Below are positions 17,829 through 28,719 of a DNA stretch of 64,000 bases, one piece after another. The stretch spans positions 1 through 64,000 of IMG/VR virus record IMGVR_UViG_3300034375_007061; one strand, written 5' to 3'. The notes under the pieces are model-generated. The model searched no databases, was not told the origin of the DNA, and was given only the letters and a program-made list of their open reading frames with translations. Made by a program: the position numbers and the translations under genes. The DNA is from a virus. Taxonomy: Duplodnaviria > Caudoviricetes. Numbering within the stretch: the first letter of the stretch is position 1; the number at the start of each line of letters is the position of its first letter.

Positions 17829-18297
17829 CGAAGACATATTGGTCTTCGATTTTGATTTTGATAAGAGCACACTGCTTGATTTTTGGAATCAAAATCAAGA
17901 TAATACCGAACCCTACACAGACCGACGTTTTGGTAAGTTTGTAATGAACAACTGGCGTATACTTAAAAATATTGAAATAGAATATGCAAAAAAACTTTGT
18001 GAATATTTTGACATTGAAGCAGATCCAAAGTTTTATGTACTAAAAGCAAACACTCAATTACTTCCCCATATAGATCAAGATACAACATGCAGCATCAACT
18101 TTTTGTTAAGCGACGGTGCTGCTCCAGTGCGGTTTACTGATAGTGAATATTATTATCGCACAGCATTATTAAACACAAGTAGAAAACATTCAGTTGACAA
18201 ATATCCAAAAGACCGTATACTATTTAAGTTAAGTGTAAAGAATGAGGGTTTTGGTATAGTTAAGCAAAAGATAATAAATACTATATCAAGGAGTTAG
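17818..18297 (+). CDS. Putative 2OG-Fe(II) oxygenase/cupin
   Basis: PHID, CSINF, KHSV, RILFKLS. Confidence 0.6.
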   Translation: MINNEDILVFDFDFDKSTLLDFWNQNQDNTEPYTDRRFGKFVMNNWRILKNIEIEYAKKLCEYFDIEADPKFYVLKANTQLLPHIDQDTTCSINFLLSDGAAPVRFTDSEYYYRTALLNTSRKHSVDKYPKDRILFKLSVKNEGFGIVKQKIINTISRS

Positions 18298-18298
18298 T

Positions 18299-19045
18299 AT
18301 GGGCGGAAAAGTATTTGACGGTACAAGTGATTTTGATCACAATGCTATAGAAGAATTATTAGACGATGTAAACAACAAAGTGCTAAAAGGCACAGGCATT
18401 GAATGTATTCCAGTAGGAAGTGCTGCAACACCTACACCAGGTAAACGTAGTGGCGACTTAGATGTAATTGTAGATGAAAATGCTATAATTAGTTTTTTCA
18501 ACAGCAAAGATGTCAAAGAAGCAAAACAACAACTTGCTCAATACATTAACCAAAAAGGTTACAATACAAAAGTAATAGGCACTAATGTACATGTACAGAT
18601 GCCACTAGGTAGCAAAAGTCATCAACTAGATATTATGGTTGTTACTGATGCGGCAAAAACTGCCAAGTTCCATACACATGATATTCCGCAAGGATCTCCC
18701 TACAAAGGTATTCACAAACAACTTGCAATGAGTAAGATAGCCAAAGCTAAAGGTTTATTATGGAGTGCTTGGAAAGGCTTGTTCAAACGTAACGAACAAG
18801 GTAAAACAGGCGAGTTTATCACTAATGACTTAAACGAAATAGCAAGAATACTATTAGGCGACAATCGCAGTGCAAACGACTTGGGTAGTTTAGAAACTAT
18901 ACTTGCTGCTATGCCCAAAGATCAAGCAGATGCACTTATGGCAGAACTAGAACAAGATCGCAATTGGAACGTACCTCCTAAAGTAGAAAGTCTAGCAGAT
19001 AAAAATCACAACAGAATTGTTGAATTATTAAAGGCAATGGCATGA
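18299..19045 (+). CDS. Pol-beta superfamily nucleotidyltransferase-like protein
   Basis: VGS...SGDLDV and QLDIM motifs. Confidence 0.65.
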   Translation: MGGKVFDGTSDFDHNAIEELLDDVNNKVLKGTGIECIPVGSAATPTPGKRSGDLDVIVDENAIISFFNSKDVKEAKQQLAQYINQKGYNTKVIGTNVHVQMPLGSKSHQLDIMVVTDAAKTAKFHTHDIPQGSPYKGIHKQLAMSKIAKAKGLLWSAWKGLFKRNEQGKTGEFITNDLNEIARILLGDNRSANDLGSLETILAAMPKDQADALMAELEQDRNWNVPPKVESLADKNHNRIVELLKAMA

Positions 19046-20166
19046 GATATCAAGAACTAATTGAAGCAAAACAATTAGGTAGGGCATTTAATCACCTAGA
19101 AGACCTTGTTTTCTTCTATGGCAGTGAAGGCGCACAAGAAGCAGTGCAACACTTAGAAGATTTTGCAAGTGACAGCGGATCACAAAGTATTAGAATGAAA
19201 TGGGATGGAAATCCACAAATTTATTGGGGTAGAGAAGTTGCAGGCGGCCCGTTGATTTTAGGCGGACACAACGGATGGGCAAAAGGTGAAAAAACTGATA
19301 GTCCAGAAGCTATCGAAGATTTTATATTAAACAAAAGTGGCAATCCAAAAACAGCAGAAGAGATACAAGCACGTAAAAAGTTTGCTCAAAAATTTGGTAG
19401 TTTATACAATGATTTTGATCGTGCAACACCGCAAGACTTTGTAGGTTTTGTATATGCAGATGGATTGTTTTTAGATAAACCTAAATTAGAAAATGGTGTT
19501 TACACATTCTGTCCAAATCCAAAATCGCAAACTTGTTATCATGTTAAAGAAACAAGCGATTTAGGACGTAGGATCTCAAATGCAAATATAATGGTTGTAG
19601 GACACGCTTTCTTTCCTGAATGGGGAATGCCAGATGCTTCACAAGAACCTATGCAGGATTTTAGTTCATTTGATAACAATCCAAATTTAATTGTGTTAGG
19701 ACCAGTTTATAATCAAAATAAAGTAGAAATAAACACCAGTGCATTACAAAAGATAAGTGATTATGCACAAAAGACAAAAAGTCAAGTTGACGAATTTTTA
19801 GCAGGTATGCCAGGATTAAGCGATTTAAAAAATATAATTTACACATATGTAAATCAAACTGCAAAATCAAAACAATTAAACAATCTTGGATCTAATCATT
19901 TTTTTACTTGGTTAGAAACAAGCAGAGTTAGTAATCCAAAAAGAGAAAAAATAAAACAATTACAACAAAATACAAAAGGACTAGATCATGTTTTTGCACT
20001 AGTTTCTATGATACAAAAAGCAAAAGACAATGTGATAGATCAAGTAGAAGGCGAACAAGGTGATATTTGGGACACAAACGGAGAAGGTCGTGTTCGCTAT
20101 GCAGATCCAAATAAAAAATTTGGTAATGTAAAACTTGTTCCAAGAAAAAGGTGGACCCCAGCATGA
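19042..20166 (+). CDS. Conserved large-phage protein with a ligase-like KxDG motif (DUF6267-like)
   Basis: HLEDL, MKWDG, GEGRV, VKLVPR. Confidence 0.6.
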   Translation: MRYQELIEAKQLGRAFNHLEDLVFFYGSEGAQEAVQHLEDFASDSGSQSIRMKWDGNPQIYWGREVAGGPLILGGHNGWAKGEKTDSPEAIEDFILNKSGNPKTAEEIQARKKFAQKFGSLYNDFDRATPQDFVGFVYADGLFLDKPKLENGVYTFCPNPKSQTCYHVKETSDLGRRISNANIMVVGHAFFPEWGMPDASQEPMQDFSSFDNNPNLIVLGPVYNQNKVEINTSALQKISDYAQKTKSQVDEFLAGMPGLSDLKNIIYTYVNQTAKSKQLNNLGSNHFFTWLETSRVSNPKREKIKQLQQNTKGLDHVFALVSMIQKAKDNVIDQVEGEQGDIWDTNGEGRVRYADPNKKFGNVKLVPRKRWTPA

Positions 20167-20750
20167 GACTAAGACAACTATTCGAAGCACCAGGTGAAAC
20201 GGTAGGACTTATATTTGGAAGATTTAATCCTCCGCACAAAGGTCATAAAGCAGCATGGGAAATGGCTTCTAAAGAAACGCACTGGTATGTTGGTACTAAT
20301 GAAAGCACGGTTGGTCCTAAAGATCCGTTGCCAGCTCAAGTTAAAGTGCTTGCAATGGAGACTATCATGCCAGAAGTGTCAGACCATATTGTATTCAGTC
20401 AAAGTTGGTTGACACTTGCTAGTGAACTATATGCAAAACACCCTGATGCAACATTGGTTTTATTTACAGATGAAGCGTGGGTACCAAAAACAATACAGCA
20501 ATATAATGGTAAAGAAGGTCCACACGGTGTATACAATTTTAAAAATATTGAAACAAAACCTACACCAAGGTTGAGCAGTGCAACAGCGTTACGTAAAGCT
20601 GTTTTGGATAATAGCCCTGAAGAATTTGAAGATGCAGCAGGTGTACCAGCTGATACAAAAATAAATGTACCAGGTGAGGATATAACTTTCTTTGATATGG
20701 TTGCAAAATATTTAGAACCACACAGAGAAAAATTACTTGCTAAAAAGTAG
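20151..20750 (+). CDS. Cytidyltransferase-like HIGH nucleotidyltransferase (start probably 20163)
   Basis: FGRFNPPHKGH, KDPL, SSATALR. Confidence 0.75.
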   Translation: MDPSMRLRQLFEAPGETVGLIFGRFNPPHKGHKAAWEMASKETHWYVGTNESTVGPKDPLPAQVKVLAMETIMPEVSDHIVFSQSWLTLASELYAKHPDATLVLFTDEAWVPKTIQQYNGKEGPHGVYNFKNIETKPTPRLSSATALRKAVLDNSPEEFEDAAGVPADTKINVPGEDITFFDMVAKYLEPHREKLLAKK

Positions 20751-20771
20751 AAAATCTAGTATACTACACTT

Positions 20772-21971
20772 ATGGATTGCTACTTTTTGTTAGATGAGGT
20801 GCTGAATACTCCTCATGCGCCTTTAACAATTAAAACAAATACTTTTATGCAAGATAAAGCAACAAAGTCTATTGACAATTTGTTGGCACATTTTGATGAT
20901 TTTTCTTACAAAAACTTTTTTAATATTAATAGAGTTGATTTACTAGATAAAGACAAACCAAAATTTATATTTAATTTTATGCACATGCCAAGTGAACACA
21001 CACCTCATGTGACACCATTAGCAAAAAAACTTTTGACAAAAAATAAAAATGTGTACCTTATGATTTTTAGTGTGTTAGAGTATCATTTAGATGTAAAACA
21101 GCTAATCAATGAATGCAAAAAGAATAGTTTACCTTTGCAAAAAATAATTGTAGTGTGTAGCAACATTGAATTGCACGGTAAATCATTTGAAGGAATAAAA
21201 TTTATTTGTATAAATTTTTGGGAAAGTTATAGTAGGTTTCATCATCAAATTTTGCCAGAAATTTCTTATGCAACACCTGAAAATTTTAAAAAGGATATTT
21301 TATTAGCACGTAAAGTTTTCCTAAATTTCAATAGGAATATCAAACCGCACAGGATTTGGTGGTACTATTGTATGATTAGGCAAAAGGTTATAGACAAAGG
21401 TCACGTAAGTTATCATTTGCCAAATTTAAACAATAAGGAATATTATCAAGTCAGTAGAAGCACCAACACTACAAAAAGAATTCCACCTGATTTAGAGCAA
21501 GATTTTTTGTATGCATTGGTTAGAGAAATGCCTCCAAGGACACTAGATCCTATTTTACGAACGAACATAATAAATTATAAGTTATCTAGTAATCCATTTT
21601 TTAGAGATAGTGTTGTAAGTATTATCACTGAAAGTGATGCAAGTGTAAACTTTATCACAGAGAAAACCTATAAATCTATAGTTAACTTACATCCGTTTTT
21701 TATTATAGGTAATCCTGATCAGCATTCTTTATTAAGAGCACGGGGTTATCACACCTTTGAAGAATTATTTCAATTAGAACGTGTTACAAATTATGAAGAA
21801 GGCGTAAGTTTATGTAATTGGATACAAAACACAGAGATTGAAAACCTAAAGCGTACGGTGGCCACACAATACATAGATAAATTAATATACAACCAGCAAC
21901 TATTTTTTGAAAGACAAATTAGTTGGAAAACCATTGAAAAAGAGTTGATCAAAACTGCAAATGAAAAGTAA
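20772..21971 (+). CDS. Putative glycosyltransferase-like protein
   Basis: FNRNIKPHR, IITES..FITEKTYKSI...HPF, a GT10-like C-terminus. Confidence 0.45.
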   Translation: MDCYFLLDEVLNTPHAPLTIKTNTFMQDKATKSIDNLLAHFDDFSYKNFFNINRVDLLDKDKPKFIFNFMHMPSEHTPHVTPLAKKLLTKNKNVYLMIFSVLEYHLDVKQLINECKKNSLPLQKIIVVCSNIELHGKSFEGIKFICINFWESYSRFHHQILPEISYATPENFKKDILLARKVFLNFNRNIKPHRIWWYYCMIRQKVIDKGHVSYHLPNLNNKEYYQVSRSTNTTKRIPPDLEQDFLYALVREMPPRTLDPILRTNIINYKLSSNPFFRDSVVSIITESDASVNFITEKTYKSIVNLHPFFIIGNPDQHSLLRARGYHTFEELFQLERVTNYEEGVSLCNWIQNTEIENLKRTVATQYIDKLIYNQQLFFERQISWKTIEKELIKTANEK

Positions 21972-23172
21972 TTTTCCAAAACACTTTTGCATGGCACCTT
22001 GGACACACATGAGCGTGTGGCAAACAGGCGATGCTTATCCATGCTGCATATACCATTGGGATATGCCAATTGACAACATTAATCGAAGCGGACTTAAAGG
22101 TGCTTGGAATAGTGAAAAAATGCGTGACTTAAGATTACGTATGTTAAGCAATCAACCAAGCGAAGGTTGTGTCAAGTGTATTAACTATGACGAGCAAGGC
22201 ATTATCAGTTATAGACACAAGTTTAATACAGAATACAATCATCATTACAATATTGTAAACACAACACAAGAAGACGGAACCGTCGAGCAAATGAATCTAG
22301 CGTATTTTGATGTGCGATTCAGTAACTTGTGTAATATGAAGTGTCGTAGTTGTGGACCACACTTTAGTAGCAAGTGGGCTGAAGATATAAACGGAAAGCC
22401 AGAAGTGGTTGAAATTAATCATCAAGATATGTGGGAAGAAATAGAAGAAGTGCTTCCTAACATTGAAGAAATATATTTCACAGGTGGGGAAAGTTTGTTT
22501 ATGCCGCAGCATTATAGATTACTAGACATGTTGATAGAGCGTGGACTCAAACCAAAGCTAACATACAACAGCAACGCAACACGCCTCAGTCTTAAAGGCA
22601 AACACATTAAAGATTACTGGCAACATTTTGATCGTATCTTCTATTGTGTTAGTTTAGATCAAATAGGACACAAAGCAGAGTATACACGAGCAGGTCAAAC
22701 CTGGGATACGGTGTTTAATAATCTGTGTTGGATACGTGATAACTTTGAACATAATTATGAAAAAGGTGTAGTAATTCAACCAACACCAACTATCAGTGTT
22801 TTTAATATTTTAGATTTACGTAAGATTGTTAACTATTTGTTCGAACACAATATTCCTACAGAATATGATATTAATTTAAGCAATGTTTTAGTAGGACCTG
22901 ATTTTATGAGTATTACTATTTTACCAGAAAAAATAAAACAATATGCTAAAGAAAATATTGAACTATTAAAAGAAGATATAGATAAAATGGATATGTATCC
23001 TCAACGCAAAGAATTTTTATATACTGGACTAGACAATATCATTAATTTCATGTATAGTAAAGATGATTCACATCGAATTCCAGAGTTTAAAAAATACATG
23101 CAAGACCTTGATATGAAACGTAAAGAAAACTTTGTGAATGTGTTTCCAGAATTAAAGGATTTGTATGTCTAA
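21961..23172 (+). CDS. Radical SAM protein with an N-terminal SPASM/twitch-like domain
   Basis: CMAPW..YPCC..CVKC; CNMKCRSC; FTGGE. Confidence 0.9.
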   Translation: MKSNFPKHFCMAPWTHMSVWQTGDAYPCCIYHWDMPIDNINRSGLKGAWNSEKMRDLRLRMLSNQPSEGCVKCINYDEQGIISYRHKFNTEYNHHYNIVNTTQEDGTVEQMNLAYFDVRFSNLCNMKCRSCGPHFSSKWAEDINGKPEVVEINHQDMWEEIEEVLPNIEEIYFTGGESLFMPQHYRLLDMLIERGLKPKLTYNSNATRLSLKGKHIKDYWQHFDRIFYCVSLDQIGHKAEYTRAGQTWDTVFNNLCWIRDNFEHNYEKGVVIQPTPTISVFNILDLRKIVNYLFEHNIPTEYDINLSNVLVGPDFMSITILPEKIKQYAKENIELLKEDIDKMDMYPQRKEFLYTGLDNIINFMYSKDDSHRIPEFKKYMQDLDMKRKENFVNVFPELKDLYV

Positions 23173-24370
23173 AGATTTAACCAAAAGCAAACATTTTTGT
23201 ATGATGCCATGGGTTCATATGCACATGTGGCCTGCAGGATATACCTATCCTTGTTGTATGAGCGATCCTGCGTATCCAATTGGAAATACACAAGATCAAA
23301 GTTTACAAGATATTTGGAATGGTGAGGAATTACGCAACATAAGAATGAATATGTTGCAAGACAAACCTAGTAAAGAATGCCGTCGGTGCTATGAACTAGA
23401 AGAAAGCGGTATGAGCACACTTAGAACTGGCAGTTTACAAAATTATAAACATCATATGAACAAGGTTTATGAAACAAGCGACGACGGTAGTGCTGGTGAC
23501 GTCAATATGGCGTATATGGATATACGTTTCAGTAATTTGTGTAACTTGAAATGTCGTAGTTGCGGCCCTCAGTTTAGCAGCAGTTGGTTTGAAGATCATA
23601 AACAAACACACGGCGACCCAGGACATCCAAAAATACTCAAAGTGCGTGATGACATGTTAAACTTCATGGACGAACTTGAACCATTACTTAAAAGTGTTGA
23701 ACGTGTGTATTGGGCAGGCGGTGAACCGCTAATTACAGAAGAACATTATCGTATACTTGATTATTGGATTGAAAATAACGTTAGTCCAGCAATGGATTAT
23801 ACAACTAATTTTACACAAATGAAATATAAACGTAAGACTGCGTTTGAATACTGGAATGCATTTGAACGTGTAAGAGTTGCAGCAAGTTTAGATGCTAACC
23901 ATGCAAGAGGTGAATACCTGCGTAAGAATATGGATTGGGAACAAGTTGTACAAAATAGACGAGACATGATAGAACAATGTCCTCATGTTTATTTTGAAAT
24001 AACTCCTACCGTAAGTGTGTATAATGTGTTAAATTTACCCGATTTTCACAAAGAATGGATTGAAGAAGGGTTGCTAGAACCGCAAAATATTAGAATTAAT
24101 ATTTTATTAGATCCAACCTACATGAGATTACAGCTACTTTATCCTTGGATGAAAGATAAAGTTACTAAAAGATACCATAAGCATATTGATTATTTAAAGC
24201 AATTTGAAAATACAAGTTGGGTGATAAAAGATTTTGAAAGTGTACTACAATTTATGGAAACTGACAGATCAGATGAAATTGACACGTTTAAATTTAAAAC
24301 ATTTAAAATAGACAAACTAAGACAAGAAGCAGTATTTGATATATTTCCTGAACTAGGTGATTTTGCATGA
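23165..24370 (+). CDS. Radical SAM protein with an N-terminal SPASM/twitch-like domain
   Basis: CMMPW..YPCC..CRRC; CNLKCRSC; AGGEP. Confidence 0.9.
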   Translation: MSKDLTKSKHFCMMPWVHMHMWPAGYTYPCCMSDPAYPIGNTQDQSLQDIWNGEELRNIRMNMLQDKPSKECRRCYELEESGMSTLRTGSLQNYKHHMNKVYETSDDGSAGDVNMAYMDIRFSNLCNLKCRSCGPQFSSSWFEDHKQTHGDPGHPKILKVRDDMLNFMDELEPLLKSVERVYWAGGEPLITEEHYRILDYWIENNVSPAMDYTTNFTQMKYKRKTAFEYWNAFERVRVAASLDANHARGEYLRKNMDWEQVVQNRRDMIEQCPHVYFEITPTVSVYNVLNLPDFHKEWIEEGLLEPQNIRINILLDPTYMRLQLLYPWMKDKVTKRYHKHIDYLKQFENTSWVIKDFESVLQFMETDRSDEIDTFKFKTFKIDKLRQEAVFDIFPELGDFA

Positions 24371-26538
24371 CACAACAAAAAACATTTCACGATTACAAAG
24401 ATCCGAATAGAATTACACCAGAAAAACCTACTGGAACTCTAGCTGAAGACAAACACGTTGCAACTTTAAAGGTTATAGAAAAATATAGCAAGCCTGTACA
24501 AAAAGGCTTAGAAGATTTAAAAATTGAATATGCAGTTAAAAGAGCTACAAGAGTAGCACTATGTTTATTACCAGAATGGGATCCTAGTTTTCCTCCATAT
24601 AACACAGCAAAACTTGCCAGTGCCGTAAAACGTGCAGGATATGAATGCAGAAGTTACGATATCAATGTAGAAGCATATGATAGATATTCAAAAAACCCTT
24701 GGCCAATTGAATTTAATCCTTGGGATGCATTACGTGACTGGCATTGGTACGAAGAGCCCTACTTTAAAGATATACATGAACATCTTGAACCTATTTTATT
24801 AGAGTATGTAGAAAAACTTGTTGAGTACGACCCTCATGTTGTTGGGTTTAGCTTATATTATTGTAATGAACAACCAACAAAATGGATGGCATATGAACTG
24901 AAAAAAAGATTGCCTAATGTTAAAATTGTTGTAGGTGGCCCTGCCACACATGCTAGTTATTACAAAGGAGAAGAAATTTATGATTATGTTGTAAATGGTG
25001 AAGGCGAACAACCTTTACTAGGTATGTTAGCTAATATGGAACGTGAAACAAAAATAATTTACAACGAACAAGCAAAAAGCAAAATTATTAGACAACCAGA
25101 AAATCAGCGTTATAATCTAAGCACATTACCGTTACCTGATTATAGCGATTTTGATTTTAGCAAATACAAGTTTCCAAATGGTGCATTGTGTGAAATATCA
25201 CGTGGATGTATTGCCAAGTGTACATTTTGTGAAGAAACACACTTTTGGAAATATAGACAACGCAATGCTTTAAGTACATTAAATGAAATTGAACATATGT
25301 ATTATGAGCATGGTACAAATGTATTTTGGTTTATTGACAGCTTGGTTAACGGTAATTTAAACGAGCTACGTGGATTTGTAAAAGGCGTAGCTGAAAAAGG
25401 TTTGGATATCCATTGGACAGGATATTGTCGCTGTGATGGACGTATGGACTTAGAATATTATAAAGATCTAAAAGCAGGTGGATGCGAAGTTCTCAACTAC
25501 GGTATTGAGTCTGGAAGTCAAAAAGTTTTAGATCTTATGGACAAAAAAGTTACCGTTGCAGAAATGGAACAAAACTTTGAAGATGGATATAAAGTTGGTG
25601 TTGATGCAATGACCAACTGGATAGTTGGCTTTCCAAATGAAGGACACAAAGAACTTGAAGATACGTTAACATTTTTATGGAGAGTACGTAATAAAGGTTT
25701 AATAGCAATCAGTCAAGGTACAGGATTCAGCGTTGGTGTTGATACTATTGTAGGACAAAATTTTGACAAATTTAATCTTTCACCATTTTATTATTATGAT
25801 CATTGGATTACCAAAGACTTCAAAATGAGTATTGTACATAAATTAATACGGATGAAATGTTTTAGTATTTTCACTGATTTTATAAAAACTGAAAAAACAT
25901 GTAGTAAACCGACAAGACATAATCTAGCAAAAAAACATTATACAATAGAATTCAATCATCCTGATAGAGAAAATGTTATAGATTATGTTTCCGAAGATTT
26001 TGATTATAATATCATTAAACCTAATATTGGTAATTTTGCTGATAGTTTAGTAAATGAAATATGGCCATTTTTACACATTGTATGGAAAATCAAAGGTGGA
26101 TACAAACTCAATCTAAAATTTAAAAAAGAATGGGAATATGAAGAATGGGGTGAACGTAATGCTGCGCCATTGAATGCAGAATACAAGTTTGAAATAGATG
26201 ATGAAGGAAACTGGAAAGCAGACTTTGGTTGGGATTATAGACAAGACCCATATAACGATTGGAACGACAAATACTGGATAGAAAATGGTTTTCAAAAAGT
26301 AAGCGTTGATCCTTGGAGTCCAATTTGGGCAATAATGGATTTTACTAGAGATAATGGTAATGCAGTTGTTAGAGCTAGAAAACTAGCATGGAAAGGCACT
26401 GACAAAGCAAAACGAGATCCATACGATGCATTTGACAGACACGTATTTAGAGAGCACGAAAGAGAATTTATGAAGACTAGAAATATTGATTTTAGTTTTG
26501 TTTACTTTTGGCAGGGGGAAGGAAAATGGAGTGAGTAA
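24367..26538 (+). CDS. Cobalamin-binding (class B-like) radical SAM protein
   Basis: B12-binding region (VVGFS, VGGP, GEGE), SRGCIAKCTFC, GIESGSQ. Confidence 0.85.
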   Translation: MTQQKTFHDYKDPNRITPEKPTGTLAEDKHVATLKVIEKYSKPVQKGLEDLKIEYAVKRATRVALCLLPEWDPSFPPYNTAKLASAVKRAGYECRSYDINVEAYDRYSKNPWPIEFNPWDALRDWHWYEEPYFKDIHEHLEPILLEYVEKLVEYDPHVVGFSLYYCNEQPTKWMAYELKKRLPNVKIVVGGPATHASYYKGEEIYDYVVNGEGEQPLLGMLANMERETKIIYNEQAKSKIIRQPENQRYNLSTLPLPDYSDFDFSKYKFPNGALCEISRGCIAKCTFCEETHFWKYRQRNALSTLNEIEHMYYEHGTNVFWFIDSLVNGNLNELRGFVKGVAEKGLDIHWTGYCRCDGRMDLEYYKDLKAGGCEVLNYGIESGSQKVLDLMDKKVTVAEMEQNFEDGYKVGVDAMTNWIVGFPNEGHKELEDTLTFLWRVRNKGLIAISQGTGFSVGVDTIVGQNFDKFNLSPFYYYDHWITKDFKMSIVHKLIRMKCFSIFTDFIKTEKTCSKPTRHNLAKKHYTIEFNHPDRENVIDYVSEDFDYNIIKPNIGNFADSLVNEIWPFLHIVWKIKGGYKLNLKFKKEWEYEEWGERNAAPLNAEYKFEIDDEGNWKADFGWDYRQDPYNDWNDKYWIENGFQKVSVDPWSPIWAIMDFTRDNGNAVVRARKLAWKGTDKAKRDPYDAFDRHVFREHEREFMKTRNIDFSFVYFWQGEGKWSE

Positions 26539-27739
26539 TACATATTGTGTATATCCATTTATAAACGTACACACAAACACGGACGGACGCTGTAAACTTT
26601 GTTGTCATGTATATGGCGAAGATTATATACAAGTAGACGGCAAAGATGCTGTTCTTGGTAAAACAGATTGGAACAACATATGGAATAGTCAGTACATGTT
26701 AGATGTACGGGCAAATATGTTAGCAGGTAAGTTAGTTAAAGAATGCGGTCGCTGCTACGAGCACGAAGCAAAAGGTTTACAAAGCAGTAGGCAGTGGGCA
26801 AATGAAAACTATAAAGCACCCATGTTGCATAGCAATCCTACTCACCTGGAACTTAGGCTTGGTAATCACTGCAACTTAAAATGTAATAGTTGTTGGAGTG
26901 TTAGCAGCGACAACATTTACAAAGAACGCAAAAAGATTATGAGCAAAGAACGTTTGCCAACTTGGTTACATGATCAATGGGCTCACGAAATCCGCAGTGT
27001 AGAAGAACACGATTGGCAATGGTACGAAACACAAGAGTTTCGCGACTTTGTAGATGCGGTAGCACCGACACTAGAAAGATTGTATATGACAGGTGGTGAA
27101 CCTACACTAATACAAGCAAATCAATATGTATTAGATAAACTTGTAGAGGCAGGTAATGCAAAATGTCATGTTGCATGGACTACAAATATGACCACATGGC
27201 CAGAAGGATTTTATGATAAACTAGATTTCTTTGATAGTAGTGAGATACAGATGAGCATAGATGGACATGGCGATCATAACATGTATATACGTTATCCTAC
27301 AGATTGGAACAAGGTAGAAGAAAATTTTGCCAAAGCAATGACACTGCCGGAAAAAGTACAATTAAAAATATATTTTGTATACCAAGCGTGGAACGTATTT
27401 GATGTATCGCCACTTGTGAAATGGTTAGAAAGCACACAAACACGTAGAGTAGATTTTGTACCTATATTCTTAGAACATCCAGATCAAATACATAGTTGTG
27501 TTTGGCCAGAAGATATCAGACACAAGACACTTGACGATTTACGTATGATTAATACAAAATTACATAAAGATGCTATCCAAAGAATCATTAACTACACACA
27601 TAATACTAATAAATATTCAATAGAAAATTTAAAAAGAATGCGCCAATTTATAAACATCAACGACAAATACAGGAGATACAAGTTTAACGAAGTATTTCCA
27701 TTTTTAGACTATGTATTGGAAACATCATGCAAGATATAA
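26486..27739 (+). CDS. Radical SAM protein with a twitch-like domain (start probably GTG 26531)
   Basis: CVYPF..KLCC..CGRC; CNLKCNSC; TGGEP. Confidence 0.9.
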   Translation: MILVLFTFGRGKENGVSNTYCVYPFINVHTNTDGRCKLCCHVYGEDYIQVDGKDAVLGKTDWNNIWNSQYMLDVRANMLAGKLVKECGRCYEHEAKGLQSSRQWANENYKAPMLHSNPTHLELRLGNHCNLKCNSCWSVSSDNIYKERKKIMSKERLPTWLHDQWAHEIRSVEEHDWQWYETQEFRDFVDAVAPTLERLYMTGGEPTLIQANQYVLDKLVEAGNAKCHVAWTTNMTTWPEGFYDKLDFFDSSEIQMSIDGHGDHNMYIRYPTDWNKVEENFAKAMTLPEKVQLKIYFVYQAWNVFDVSPLVKWLESTQTRRVDFVPIFLEHPDQIHSCVWPEDIRHKTLDDLRMINTKLHKDAIQRIINYTHNTNKYSIENLKRMRQFININDKYRRYKFNEVFPFLDYVLETSCKI

Positions 27740-28719
27740 GAGCAATTGTTCCAGCTAAAGAAAAATGGGTAAGTCTAGTATGGCAAGTAAACGATTGGTG
27801 TAACTTCCGTTGTACCTATTGCAGTGAATGGAACTGGGCAGGACGCAATAAGAATGATAAAGATATTCATCTAATTGTAAACACTTTAGAACGTATTATG
27901 TTGCACTACAAAGATAAAGGATACAAATATTTTAAATTGTATCTCAGTGGCGGCGAACCTACATACTGGGCTGCACTTATTCCTGTTGTAGAAAAGTTTA
28001 GAGAAATTGCAGAATGGCCGGGTAGTTGTGTAGGTATAAACACAAATATGAGTAGGCCTGTTAGCTGGTGGGAACAACACCATCATTTGTTTGAAGATGT
28101 AGTTGCTAGTTATCACGCTGAATGGAGTAAAGATGACAAATATATGGCATCGTATAAATTTTTGCAAGATAAGAAAAACTACTTGTGTGCAAGAATAATG
28201 ATGCACCATAATTATTTCCAGCAGTGCGTAGACTTTGGTAATAGAATCAAAGAAGAATGCAATAATTATATGATTGAATATGCACCAGTATACGATGAAC
28301 TACGTCCTAGTACAGATCCTTATCATTACGATGAGAAATGGCAAATGGATTTCTTCAAGGAAAATAGCACAGCACAACAACAATTAATACCAATTAAAAA
28401 AGATCCAAACTATGCTTGGGCTAAAACACAATTCATTGACGGTAGTGAAGAACCAATTAATACAAATGGAATCATTACTGAAGGTAAAAACTTTTTTAAA
28501 GGATGGTTGTGTAATATTCATGAAAGTTTACACATACATCCAAATGGAAATATTCAACAAGCAAGCTGCGGTGTCGGTCCAATTGTAGGAAATATTGTGC
28601 AGGGAGAATTTAATGCCACACTAAGTGAAGGTGTGTGGTGTCCTAAATCACACTGCCATTGTGCAGCAGATTTTAATATTAGTAAAGCAAGGCCAGAATA
28701 TGCAGAACAAATTAGATAA
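27727..28719 (+). CDS. Radical SAM protein with a C-terminal Cys cluster
   Basis: CNFRCTYC, SGGEP, CPKSHCHCAAD. Confidence 0.9.
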   Translation: MQDIRAIVPAKEKWVSLVWQVNDWCNFRCTYCSEWNWAGRNKNDKDIHLIVNTLERIMLHYKDKGYKYFKLYLSGGEPTYWAALIPVVEKFREIAEWPGSCVGINTNMSRPVSWWEQHHHLFEDVVASYHAEWSKDDKYMASYKFLQDKKNYLCARIMMHHNYFQQCVDFGNRIKEECNNYMIEYAPVYDELRPSTDPYHYDEKWQMDFFKENSTAQQQLIPIKKDPNYAWAKTQFIDGSEEPINTNGIITEGKNFFKGWLCNIHESLHIHPNGNIQQASCGVGPIVGNIVQGEFNATLSEGVWCPKSHCHCAADFNISKARPEYAEQIR

